Positions 31,700 to 41,231 of a DNA stretch of 64,000 nt are shown piece by piece. The notes under the pieces were generated by a model. That model saw nothing but the letters and a program-made list of their open reading frames with translations, searched no databases and was not told the DNA's origin. The translations under genes were made by a program, and so were the position numbers. The stretch comes from an uncultured Candidatus Saccharibacteria bacterium. GTDB taxonomy: Bacteria > Patescibacteriota > Minisyncoccia > SW-4-49-11. Each line of letters starts with the position of its first letter. Within the stretch, counting starts at the first letter, position 1. The stretch covers positions 25,858 through 89,857 of the forward strand of contig CAZWIJ010000006.1 of the NCBI GenBank assembly GCA_964633865.1, read 5' to 3'.

Positions 31700-32851
31700 A
31701 TGAATAAAAAATTATCACTAAAATTTAGATTAGTATTTTGGTACACAATGTTATTTGTTGTATTAACAGTGGTTCTGTTATCAGGAATGTTATTATTATC
31801 ATATAGATATTACAATAGAAGTCAGTTTGGGATTGATAATCTATCAACTTATGATATAGAAAATATTTTAGCTCAGAATTTATCAGAAGAAAAAAAGAAA
31901 GAAGAGATAGTAAATCTGGTCTCACAAGTTAGAAAAGAGGATTTTTATAGAATACAACAATCTTCTATATTAATATTTGTAGTATTGTTTGCACTATCAT
32001 GGGGGGGAGGAAACTTGATAGTATCTGAAGTGTTGAATCCTATTCGTACTCTTAATAATAAAATTAAAAAAATAAATGTTGATAATTTGGTTAAAATTAA
32101 ATATGATTATCAAGATGAAGATTTACAAGAGTTAGTTTGGTCAATAAACCAAATGATATTAAGGTTAAAAGATAGTTTAGATGATCAAGCAGAATTCGTA
32201 GATAATGCATCTCATGAATTAAAAACTCCTTTAACTAGTCTTTTGTTACAGTTAGAAACTTTATTGGAAGAGAAAGATAAAAATGATAAGGATAATTTTA
32301 TCTTAGAAAAATCAATTAAAAATATTGAAAAAATAAATGATTTAATCAATGATCTCACATTATTATCTATTCAAAAAGATCAATTACAATTTAAAAACTA
32401 TAATTTGAGTAATATTATAAATGAAAGTATTAGTTCAGTTTCATTATTACTAAAGGTAAAAAATATAAATATACAAAAGGAAGGTGAATTTGATTTTAAA
32501 ATAAAAGCAGTCAAAAGTTTATTAGTAAGAAGTATTAATAATTTATTAGAAAATGCTATAAAATATTCACCTAATAATAGTCTCATCAAAATAAAAGGTT
32601 TTTCTAAAGATAAGAAATTATATATAGATATTATAGATTCAGGAGAAGGAATAAAAGAAGAATATTTAAGTAAAATATTTGATCGGTTTTATAGGATAGA
32701 TAATTCAAGATCAAAATTAACTGGTGGAAGAGGGTTAGGTCTTACGATAGCGAAATCAATTATAACCTTACATGAAGGTAATATAAGTGTTTCTAATAAC
32801 AAAAATGGAGGAGCTAAGTTTACTGTACAATTAATATTAGAAAAAATATGA
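31700..32851 (+). CDS. sensor histidine kinase
   Basis: Two TM segments, HisKA H-box SHELKTPLTSL, HATPase N/G boxes (LENAIKYSP, DSGEGI, GGRGLGLTIAKSI). Confidence 0.8.
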   Translation: MNKKLSLKFRLVFWYTMLFVVLTVVLLSGMLLLSYRYYNRSQFGIDNLSTYDIENILAQNLSEEKKKEEIVNLVSQVRKEDFYRIQQSSILIFVVLFALSWGGGNLIVSEVLNPIRTLNNKIKKINVDNLVKIKYDYQDEDLQELVWSINQMILRLKDSLDDQAEFVDNASHELKTPLTSLLLQLETLLEEKDKNDKDNFILEKSIKNIEKINDLINDLTLLSIQKDQLQFKNYNLSNIINESISSVSLLLKVKNINIQKEGEFDFKIKAVKSLLVRSINNLLENAIKYSPNNSLIKIKGFSKDKKLYIDIIDSGEGIKEEYLSKIFDRFYRIDNSRSKLTGGRGLGLTIAKSIITLHEGNISVSNNKNGGAKFTVQLILEKI

Positions 32852-32895
32852 TATAATGTATTAGTAATATTATAAATAAATGTCATATATAAATT

Positions 32896-33849
32896 ATGAA
32901 TGAAGAGAAATTACTTATAATAGGAGGATCTGGATTTATAGGATCTCATTTTATAAGGTATATTATGAAAAAATATCCTTATATTAATATCATAAACTAC
33001 GATTCCTTATTAATAGGAGATGTTCAAAATTTATCGGAAATATTTAAGGAAGATGAAAGATACAAGTTTGTAAAAGGAGACATTAAAGATATTAGTAATT
33101 TAGAAAATATAATTAAAACATGCCAAATTGATATTGTTATTAATTTTGCTGTTGAATATAATTATGAAGATGCAAAAGAATCTTTATTAGGATTTGAAAC
33201 TAACACTATAGGTGTAGTGAATTTATTATTTTTGATAAAGAAATATAATATTAAGTTATTACAAATTAGCACAGCTCAGATATTTGGTTCACAAACATAT
33301 GATGATTCGACAGAACTATCAAAGTTTGAACCAAATAATCTTTATGCAGCTAGTAAAGCTAGTGCAAATTTAGTTTGTCAAGCATATATTGAATCTTATA
33401 AAGTAAAAGTTATTACAACAAATATCTGTCATATTATGGGAACTTATCAGTCTATAGATCATACAATTCCAAATTTTATAATAAAAGCTCTAGAAGAACA
33501 AAGATTACAAGTAATAAATGATGGATTAAATGTAAGAGAATGGATGTATATAGATGATTGTAGTAGAGGTATAGAAACAATTTTAAATAGAGGGGTATGG
33601 GGTGAATATTATAATATGGGTAGTGCTATCAGAAAAACTGATTTAGATCTTGCAAATATAATTTTGAAAAAACTTAATAAATCTGAATATTTAATTGAGT
33701 ATGTTAGTGATATAAAGACAACTAATAATAAATACTCTATAAACTCTGATAAACTTAGAAGTTTAGGATGGGAGCCAGTATTTGATTTTGATGAATCTAT
33801 TAATAGATTGATTGAATGGTATAGTGATAAATCGAATTTAATAAAATAA
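32896..33849 (+). CDS. NAD-dependent nucleotide-sugar epimerase/dehydratase (SDR family)
   Basis: GGSGFIGSH Rossmann motif, YxxxK (YAASKAS) catalytic motif. Confidence 0.7.
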   Translation: MNEEKLLIIGGSGFIGSHFIRYIMKKYPYINIINYDSLLIGDVQNLSEIFKEDERYKFVKGDIKDISNLENIIKTCQIDIVINFAVEYNYEDAKESLLGFETNTIGVVNLLFLIKKYNIKLLQISTAQIFGSQTYDDSTELSKFEPNNLYAASKASANLVCQAYIESYKVKVITTNICHIMGTYQSIDHTIPNFIIKALEEQRLQVINDGLNVREWMYIDDCSRGIETILNRGVWGEYYNMGSAIRKTDLDLANIILKKLNKSEYLIEYVSDIKTTNNKYSINSDKLRSLGWEPVFDFDESINRLIEWYSDKSNLIK

Positions 33850-33861
33850 TAATTTAACTTT

Positions 33862-34728
33862 ATGTCAAAGATTAGAAAAGCAATTTTACCAGTTGGAGGT
33901 TTTGGAACTAGATTCCTTCCAGCTACTAAAGCTCAACCAAAAGAAATGTTGCCTGTTGTTGATAAGCCAATTGTACAATATTTAGTGGAGGAAGCTGTTA
34001 AAGCAGGAATTGAACAAATAATATTTGTTACAGGTAAAGGAAAAAGAGCTATAGAAGATCACTTTGATTCACATTTTGAATTGGAATATCTTTTAGCAGA
34101 AAAAGGTAAAGAAGAAGAATTAGAAAAAGTTAGAGAAATATCCCAAATGGCAGAATTTTTCTTTGTTCGTCAAAAGCAAGCGAAAGGAAATGGGGATGCT
34201 ATCCTAACTGCTAAAAGTTTTATTGGAGATGAACCATGTGCTGTTTTATTTGGGGATGATCTTGTTGACTCAGAAGTTCCAGCTATAAAGCAATTAATGG
34301 ATGTTTATGATAAATATCAAGATAGTGTTATTGCTTTAACTGAAGTTCCTCATAATGATATTAATAAATATGGTATTATTGAAGGTGTAAATATAGCTAA
34401 TAATCTATATGAAATTAATAAATTTATAGAAAAACCACAAACCAGTGATACTAAATCTAATTTAGCTGTAATTGGTAAATATATCATAACTCCAGATGTA
34501 TTCTCTAAATTAGATTTTTACAAAGATAAAGTGAAAGGAGAGTTAGGTATAGATCATGCATTTAATGGGCTTTTAGGTACTAAACCAGTGTATGGAATGA
34601 TTGTTGATGGTGATAGATATGATTGTGGAGATAAATTAGGATATGTTAAGGCAACTATAGAGTATGGATTGAAGCATGATACTATATCAGATGATTTGAG
34701 AAATTATTTAAAAGCATTAAAATTATAG
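33862..34728 (+). CDS. galU: UTP--glucose-1-phosphate uridylyltransferase
   Basis: KAILPVGGFGTRFLPATKAQPKEMLPVVDKPIVQYLVEEA signature of GalU. Confidence 0.8.
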   Translation: MSKIRKAILPVGGFGTRFLPATKAQPKEMLPVVDKPIVQYLVEEAVKAGIEQIIFVTGKGKRAIEDHFDSHFELEYLLAEKGKEEELEKVREISQMAEFFFVRQKQAKGNGDAILTAKSFIGDEPCAVLFGDDLVDSEVPAIKQLMDVYDKYQDSVIALTEVPHNDINKYGIIEGVNIANNLYEINKFIEKPQTSDTKSNLAVIGKYIITPDVFSKLDFYKDKVKGELGIDHAFNGLLGTKPVYGMIVDGDRYDCGDKLGYVKATIEYGLKHDTISDDLRNYLKALKL

Positions 34729-34839
34729 AACTTATCTTTAATAGTTGTAAAAACTATGAAGGTATGATATAATCTAATTGATATTTATTTTTGTTTTACA
34801 ATTAATTCTTAAAATATCAATGAAAGGAGGTATGTATAA

Positions 34840-35109
34840 ATGATTGAAGTTAGAAAAAAAGAGAAAGAAAGTGTTGAATCTATGATTAGAAGATTCACTA
34901 GAAGAGTACAGAAAAGTCAAGTGTTATCTGATGTTAGATCAAGAAGATTTTTAGTTAAAGGAAAATCTAAGCTCAAACAAAGAGTAGCTGCTATTAAAAA
35001 AGTAGAGTTTTTGTCTGAAAAAGATAAGTTGGTTAAGTTAGGTAAAGTTAAGTCAAATGAAAGATTACCTAATAAATATAAACTAAAGATTAAAGCTAAG
35101 ATTAAATAG
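34840..35109 (+). CDS. rpsU: 30S ribosomal protein S21
   Basis: Basic 89-aa protein with (E)V.....E....RRF.R......L...R.R.F..K...-like S21 start; strong SD aaaggagg 8 nt upstream. Confidence 0.65.
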   Translation: MIEVRKKEKESVESMIRRFTRRVQKSQVLSDVRSRRFLVKGKSKLKQRVAAIKKVEFLSEKDKLVKLGKVKSNERLPNKYKLKIKAKIK

Positions 35110-35164
35110 GTTAGCCATAAGCTATCCTATTTAATCTTTATTTATAAAATTATTTAATAAATAT

Positions 35165-35605
35165 ATGTCATTATTGCAAGAAACTGTAAAAAAAGATATG
35201 GTTCAAGCTATGAAAGACAAAAACGAATTGTCTAAGAAGGTATTGAGAATGATGATGTCTGAAATTAGAAATGCTGAAATAGATAAACCAGATCATAATC
35301 TTACAGATGAAGATGTCCTAAAAGTAATAGCTAAATTAGAAAAGCAGAGAAAAGATTCAATAAAACAATATATTGCAGGAGGTAGACAAGATTTAGCTGA
35401 TTCAGAAAGTGAAGAATTAACAGTTATCTCTAAATATTTACCAGCTAAAATGTCTGAGTTAGAATTAAGAGATGTTGTTAAAAATATTGTATCAAAATCT
35501 GAATCTAAGGAGTTTGGAATTGTAATGAGAGCTGTGATTCAAGAAGTTAAAGGGAAAGCAGATGGAAGTTTGGTAAAAGACTTAGTAGAAGAATATCTTT
35601 CATAG
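35165..35605 (+). CDS. GatB/YqeY domain protein
   Basis: L.E.V..DM..AMKDKNEL...LRMMMSEIRNAEIDK typical of YqeY family. Confidence 0.7.
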   Translation: MSLLQETVKKDMVQAMKDKNELSKKVLRMMMSEIRNAEIDKPDHNLTDEDVLKVIAKLEKQRKDSIKQYIAGGRQDLADSESEELTVISKYLPAKMSELELRDVVKNIVSKSESKEFGIVMRAVIQEVKGKADGSLVKDLVEEYLS

Positions 35606-35610
35606 TAAGT

Positions 35611-36057
35611 ATGTTTTTAGATATAACTAATAAGCATAATGTTATAATTAACCCTAAACATTTTTACAAGGCTTTGTCTATCATTACTAGTATGGTAGAC
35701 AAAAGACTTGTTGATAAAAAAGTTTCTTTAGTTATAGTCTCACCAAATGAAATCCAAAAACTTAATCAGACATATAGAGGAAAAAATTCTGTTACTGATG
35801 TTTTATCATTTCCTCTAATTGATGTAAGTGACGATATATTAGATGAAGATTTGGGAGAAATATTTATATGTTATACGAAAGTATATGAACAAGCTAAAGT
35901 ATTAAGTCATTCTATAGATTTAGAATGGCAGATTTTATTTGTTCATGGAATGTGGCATCTATTAGGATATGATCATATTACAGATAAGGATTATATAATT
36001 ATGAACACAAAAGAAACACAAGTTCTTGATTTATTAAAAAAAGATATTTCACTTTAA
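35611..36057 (+). CDS. ybeY: rRNA maturation endoribonuclease YbeY
   Basis: HGMWHLLGYDH zinc-binding motif near C-terminus, 148 aa. Confidence 0.75.
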   Translation: MFLDITNKHNVIINPKHFYKALSIITSMVDKRLVDKKVSLVIVSPNEIQKLNQTYRGKNSVTDVLSFPLIDVSDDILDEDLGEIFICYTKVYEQAKVLSHSIDLEWQILFVHGMWHLLGYDHITDKDYIIMNTKETQVLDLLKKDISL

Positions 36058-36112
36058 TAAAAAAATGTGATATAATTTAAATATAATAAAATTTAAAATA
36101 GAATAAATTATT

Positions 36113-37360
36113 ATGACAAAAAACCCAATAGTAGTTGGTCTAGATGTAGGAACTTACTTTACAAAAATTGCAGTTGCAAAAAAATTAAGAGAAGAAAAAG
36201 AACCTTCTATTATAGCTCTAGGAGTATCTCCAACTGAAGGAATGAGAAAAGGAGTCGTAGTAGATATAAAAGATGTTACCAGAAGTATCGTTATAGCATT
36301 AGAGTCAGCTTCAAAAATGATACAAGAAGACATTACATCTGTTCATATTTCTTTGAATGGTGATCAGATAATCTGTAAAAATACTAGTGGTAAAGTTGCA
36401 GTATCTAGGGCTGATGGGGAAGTTACAGAAGATGATTTAAATAGAGTTTATCAAACTGCTAATCCTGGGCCAAGTGGACAAAATAAAATGATATTAGATA
36501 TAATTCCAAAAAGCTTTACCCTAGATGAAGAGACCGAAATCAAACACCCTGTAGGTATGAATGGTATCAGATTAGAGCTAGATGCTGTTTTGGTTGAAAG
36601 TACTATACCTCCAATAAAAAATTTAGAAAAATGTATAAATGATGCTGGACTTCATATACTATCAAGTGAGACAGCGATAATTACTAGCTCAAGTGCTATT
36701 CTTACAAAAAAACAAAAAGAATTAGGGGTGATTGTCATAGATATGGGTGCTGGAACAACATCCTTTGCTGTATATGAAGAGGGTAGATTAATTCATTTTA
36801 AAATATTACCAATAGGATCAGCTCACATAACTAGTGATATTGCAATTGGTATGAGAATTCCTGTTGACTTAGCAGAAAAAGTTAAAATAATGTTTGGTTA
36901 TGCTATGGAAAGTCATATTCCAAATGATAAAAGAGTAAAAATAGATTTGTCAAAAATTAATGAAGAAGAAGTTGGAACTTATTCTGTAAATTTTTTATCG
37001 GGGATTATAGAAGCTAGATTGAAAGAAATCTTTTCTTTGATATCTAAAGATCTAAGAGAGATAGGGAGAGAAGGTTTATTACCAGCTGGTGTTATATTAG
37101 TTGGAGGTGGAGCTAATCTAAGATCGATTATAGATTTAGCTAAAAGAGAGTTAAAATTACCTGTAAAGATAGCTATCCCAAGAGGGGTAGAAGGGAGTGT
37201 TGCTGATGTGGATAATCCTATGTTTGCTACATTAGTAGGACTTTTGTTGACTGGATTCTCAGAGCAGAATACTATGGAATCAAATCAATCATTTGAAGAA
37301 AAATCTAATTTTATTAATAATATTTGGAATAAAATAGTTAAAATATTTATCCCAGAATAA
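36113..37360 (+). CDS. ftsA: cell division protein FtsA
   Basis: PIVVGLDVGTYFTKIAV...GVVVDIKDVTRSI... FtsA ASKHA-fold pattern, 415 aa. Confidence 0.65.
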   Translation: MTKNPIVVGLDVGTYFTKIAVAKKLREEKEPSIIALGVSPTEGMRKGVVVDIKDVTRSIVIALESASKMIQEDITSVHISLNGDQIICKNTSGKVAVSRADGEVTEDDLNRVYQTANPGPSGQNKMILDIIPKSFTLDEETEIKHPVGMNGIRLELDAVLVESTIPPIKNLEKCINDAGLHILSSETAIITSSSAILTKKQKELGVIVIDMGAGTTSFAVYEEGRLIHFKILPIGSAHITSDIAIGMRIPVDLAEKVKIMFGYAMESHIPNDKRVKIDLSKINEEEVGTYSVNFLSGIIEARLKEIFSLISKDLREIGREGLLPAGVILVGGGANLRSIIDLAKRELKLPVKIAIPRGVEGSVADVDNPMFATLVGLLLTGFSEQNTMESNQSFEEKSNFINNIWNKIVKIFIPE

Positions 37361-37391
37361 TTTGTTTACAAAAGTAATGGAGCTTTTTATA

Positions 37392-38741
37392 TTAGGATTT
37401 TTTTAAATTCTTCTCAATATAACTTTTAGAGTCAAATTTTTTACCTGTAGAAGCTAAACTCATATATCTGATTTTACCAAAAATTGGTCTTTCAAACCAA
37501 GCTCTGTCGTGTAACCCTCCAATCGACCAAGCTATATTAGTATAACCAATAGGATCTCTGCCATCAAGTTCATATTTATCATTTAAATATATTGTATATT
37601 CTTGAGCTTGTTCTGGTGACTCTGTCCACTCTAAAATTTTTTTTGCCCAATACATTCTTATATACCCATGCATTTTCCCAGTCCTTAGCATTTCTCTTTG
37701 TGAAGCATTCCAAAGAGGATCATGAGTTAGTCCAAATTCTAATTCTTCCTTTGTATACAAATATTCTCTTTGGTCTTTTCTGTGTTCATTTAGAGTTTTT
37801 CGAGCCCAATCTGGGAATCCATTAAAATTATCATAATTAGAATTATAAAAACAATAATTATCTGATAATTCTTTTCTAACAATCAATTCTTCTAAAAAAG
37901 AATTATAAATATCTGGATTTTTAATTTCATTTTTTATATCTATAGCTACTCTTTGAGATGATATTTGTCCGAAATGTAGAAAAGGGGATAAATTAGATAA
38001 GGCTGGTTTTTCAGGAAAATTTCTATTATTAGTATAATGTATAATTTTTGAATCAATGAAATTTTTGAGATAATTCTTTGCAGAATTTTCACCTGAAATA
38101 ATCCAATTTACTAGAGCTATAGAGTTATCTACTTGAATAAACTTATCTATATTATTCCAATTGTTTTTAGGATAATCAAATTTATTTTTTTGTACTAATT
38201 TTTCTAACTTTGGTATATCTGTCAGCCATTCATCTAATAATTTATGAATTTTAGGTCTTATGGTATAAGCACCATATTCTTGTTTTTGTGAAGTGATCCA
38301 AACAGGGATTATATTATGTGTATCAATCTCATAAAAAGATATATTAATCAAATTATTTACTTCACTTTTCCATTTACGAGATATTTTTAATGGTGAAAAA
38401 TCTGTTATTAAAGTTTTGACATTATATTTAGTAATTAAATTAGGAATAGTTTCTTTGGGATCTCCTAAAGTTATAATAAATGGGATATTATATTTTTGTA
38501 AACTTTTTTCTATTTCTTTTAATCCAGTTATCATAAAATCCAATTGTCTTTTTCCAGCTAATCCAAATTTGGGAACCAAATTGAATACTACAATCAAATT
38601 TTTATTATATTCAAGGCTTAATTTTTGAGCATGTAATAAGGCCCAGTTATCATCTACTCTCATATCACGAGACATCCAATAGACAATATTCCCATTTTGG
38701 GACGAAATCTTATTTAGATAATTGATTCTATTTAAATTCAT
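37392..38741 (-). CDS. phr: class II CPD deoxyribodipyrimidine photolyase (start trimmed to MNLNRINYL)
   Basis: IVYWMSRDMRVDDNWALL motif diagnostic of class II photolyases; FAD-binding C-terminal region (WNASQREMLRTGKMHGYIRMYW). Confidence 0.7.
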   Translation of the reverse strand: MNLNRINYLNKISSQNGNIVYWMSRDMRVDDNWALLHAQKLSLEYNKNLIVVFNLVPKFGLAGKRQLDFMITGLKEIEKSLQKYNIPFIITLGDPKETIPNLITKYNVKTLITDFSPLKISRKWKSEVNNLINISFYEIDTHNIIPVWITSQKQEYGAYTIRPKIHKLLDEWLTDIPKLEKLVQKNKFDYPKNNWNNIDKFIQVDNSIALVNWIISGENSAKNYLKNFIDSKIIHYTNNRNFPEKPALSNLSPFLHFGQISSQRVAIDIKNEIKNPDIYNSFLEELIVRKELSDNYCFYNSNYDNFNGFPDWARKTLNEHRKDQREYLYTKEELEFGLTHDPLWNASQREMLRTGKMHGYIRMYWAKKILEWTESPEQAQEYTIYLNDKYELDGRDPIGYTNIAWSIGGLHDRAWFERPIFGKIRYMSLASTGKKFDSKSYIEKNLKKS

Positions 38742-38772
38742 AATAAAATTAATATTTTTTAGTAAATATATA

Positions 38773-38801
38773 TTGACAAAATTTTGATTATTAGGTATAA
38801 T
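38773..38801 (+). promoter_or_regulatory. consensus sigma70 promoter TTGACA-17-TATAAT
   Basis: Exact hexamers with 17-nt spacer, 30 nt upstream of small ORF 38832. Confidence 0.55.
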
Positions 38802-38831
38802 AGTTAGGTTGTTTATTTTTAAAAACAATTT

Positions 38832-38972
38832 ATGAAAAAACAATTGAAAGACATCTCTGCATCTAGTCCTAACTCTTTACTTTTAGTTAAAGAGAAAGAT
38901 GATAAAGGAAACAAAGACAAAGTTGTGTTTAAAAGTTGGAGCCAAATGATTGAGGAATCAATTGTTTGGTAA
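38832..38972 (+). CDS. small hypothetical protein (46 aa)
   Basis: ATG-to-TAA ORF framed by perfect promoter and hairpin terminator; below ORF-track size cut-off. Confidence 0.3.
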   Translation: MKKQLKDISASSPNSLLLVKEKDDKGNKDKVVFKSWSQMIEESIVW

Positions 38973-39006
38973 CCAAGTATATTATTCAAGGTAAATTTTG
39001 TATAAG

Positions 39007-39036
39007 GACACTAATCATTTAGTGTCTTATTTTTTT
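39007..39036 (+). terminator. rho-independent terminator
   Basis: gacacta-loop-tagtgtc followed by ttattttttt. Confidence 0.55.
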
Positions 39037-39229
39037 ATCAAAAATAAAGCCCTCAATGCAGAGGCAAAATCTAATTAAAGATTTTATTACGGCTGAATCC
39101 CTATATAAAATTTAACAGAAATAATATATATATATTTCTCTTTTTTACAAAAGTGGGTTTCAATTTTTCGTAACCTCATTCTGAAGGCTTATATCCATTA
39201 TATCATTTTTTGCACATTTTTTTAATAGT

Positions 39230-39925
39230 TTAATTTTTATTACTATTATTTTTTTTCCAATTTTCAATTTCTTTGTGATTTCCAGAGTATAAAATTTCTG
39301 GAACAACCCATTCTTTTGGAGAATTTTTAACTAAGTTAGGATTTGCTGGGACAAATTTTGTAGGTTTAGAATATTGTGGATACTCTAAAAAATTATCTAT
39401 AGAATGAGATTCCTCGCTCAAAGATTCTGTATTTCCCAATACATCCGGAATATATCTTGAAATAGCATCCAATACAATCATGGCTGGTAATTCTCCTCCT
39501 GTTAGAACAAATTCACCAATTGATAAACTCTCATTACTTAAAAATTCTTCTACTCTATAATCAATACCTTCATATCTTCCACAAATCATAATAATATGAT
39601 CAAATTTTTCTAAATATTCAGAGACTTTTTTTTGACTAAATATTTTTCCTCCAGCTTTAAAAAAAATAATATGTTTCTTTGTTTTTGGATTTAGTTTAAT
39701 TATTTCTTCTAGTGTATTATATATTGGCTCAATTTGTAATATCATGCCAGCTCCACCACTGTAAGGAGTATCGTCAACTTTCAGATGTTTATTCTTGGTA
39801 AAATCTCTTGGATTCCAAATATCAACAGACAATACATTTTTTAAGTGAATTGCTCTTCCTAAAACACCTACTGATAGGTAGGATTGAATAATTTCTGGAA
39901 AAATTGTAATAATATCAAATTTCAT
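39230..39925 (-). CDS. trmD: tRNA (guanine37-N1)-methyltransferase
   Basis: MKFDIITIFPE...YSGGAGMIL...SPOUT knot motifs of TrmD. Confidence 0.85.
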   Translation of the reverse strand: MKFDIITIFPEIIQSYLSVGVLGRAIHLKNVLSVDIWNPRDFTKNKHLKVDDTPYSGGAGMILQIEPIYNTLEEIIKLNPKTKKHIIFFKAGGKIFSQKKVSEYLEKFDHIIMICGRYEGIDYRVEEFLSNESLSIGEFVLTGGELPAMIVLDAISRYIPDVLGNTESLSEESHSIDNFLEYPQYSKPTKFVPANPNLVKNSPKEWVVPEILYSGNHKEIENWKKNNSNKN

Positions 39926-39994
39926 ATATTTAAAAAATAAAAAAACACTTTCTTATATTAATAATATTAACAAAAAAAGTGTTTTTAGTATATA

Positions 39995-40330
39995 TTAAAT
40001 ATCAAGATCATTTACAGCTTTCTCTATATCAGAATAATTTTTGGATTCTCTTTCACTATCTCTTTTAAATCCAGTTCCTCCTTCTGGTTCTAAAATCTTT
40101 AAGTTTACTCTAGCATTATTTCTAGCTCCAACTATTCTTAATAAAGTTCTGATAGCTTTTGCAGTAGACCCTGATTTTCCAATAATATATCCCATATCTT
40201 TAGGATTTACTTTTAGAGTAATCAAGACACCCATTTCATCAACTATTCTTTCTATTAAGACATCATTAGGATTGTCTACTATAGATTTTACTAAATAAGA
40301 GACAAACTCTTTATCAGATATTTTTTCCAT
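39995..40330 (-). CDS. KH-domain RNA-binding protein (YlqC/UPF0109-like)
   Basis: GYIIGKSGSTAKAIRTLL KH GXXG motif; position upstream of trmD as in rpsP-KH-rimM-trmD clusters. Confidence 0.65.
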   Translation of the reverse strand: MEKISDKEFVSYLVKSIVDNPNDVLIERIVDEMGVLITLKVNPKDMGYIIGKSGSTAKAIRTLLRIVGARNNARVNLKILEPEGGTGFKRDSERESKNYSDIEKAVNDLDI

Positions 40331-40434
40331 CTCAGCATTATTTATCTTATAATATTAAGCTATTTATATTTTATTATAGCTACATATATATTATATCATA
40401 ATTTATATATATGCAATAATTTTTTATAAAATAG

Positions 40435-41157
40435 TTATTTTGCTATCACTAAAGCAAAAACATTACGAAATCCAGATCTTTGTAATGCTTTTGCAGCTTC
40501 ATCAAGTGTGGATAATGTGGTGGTTACATCATCAATTAGAATAATATCTTTATCAATATAATCATTATTTGGCTCGCATTTAAATATATCTATTACATTT
40601 TTAACTCTTTCTTGTTTACTACTAAGACTCATTTGGGGTGAATTATTTTTTATTCTTTGTAAATTTAGAAATAACTCTGAATTAGGAATATTTTTTTGTA
40701 AAAATTCTGCTAATAGGTTGGATTGATTATATCCTCTAAATTTCAACTTATTTATATGTAAGGGGATTGGTGCAAAAATCAAGTTTGACTTATAATCTTT
40801 GCTTAAATGAGATTTTAAGGTTTCCAAAAGTATTTGTCCTAAAATTCTATCTAATGAAATTAAATTTTTGTATTTAAAATAATGGACAGCTTTTTTTAAA
40901 GCAGAATTTTTGAAACTATTAGTACAAAGAACAGTGTTTAAATATTTTTTTGTATGAAATTTAGTAAGAGTTGTGTTGTTATTATTTGTAAATAAGCTGG
41001 TAATATTATTATCAGAGTTTTCTCTTTGAATTATAATTGGTTTTGATTTTAATTTTGGTAGGCAATCATTACAAACTCCATGAAAACTTAATTTATCACA
41101 AAGTATGCATTGAGTAGGAATAAAAGTATCAATCGGTAATTGTAAAAACTTTAACAT
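40435..41157 (-). CDS. comFC: ComF-family competence protein (phosphoribosyltransferase domain)
   Basis: N-terminal Cys-rich zinc finger (CILCDKLSFHGVCNDC) + C-terminal PRTase motif IILIDDVTTTLSTL. Confidence 0.65.
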   Translation of the reverse strand: MLKFLQLPIDTFIPTQCILCDKLSFHGVCNDCLPKLKSKPIIIQRENSDNNITSLFTNNNNTTLTKFHTKKYLNTVLCTNSFKNSALKKAVHYFKYKNLISLDRILGQILLETLKSHLSKDYKSNLIFAPIPLHINKLKFRGYNQSNLLAEFLQKNIPNSELFLNLQRIKNNSPQMSLSSKQERVKNVIDIFKCEPNNDYIDKDIILIDDVTTTLSTLDEAAKALQRSGFRNVFALVIAK

Positions 41158-41231
41158 TAATCTATTTGCAAATTTAAATTTATTATGATAATATTATAGC
41201 ATAATAACATAATAAAAATAATAGTAAAATA

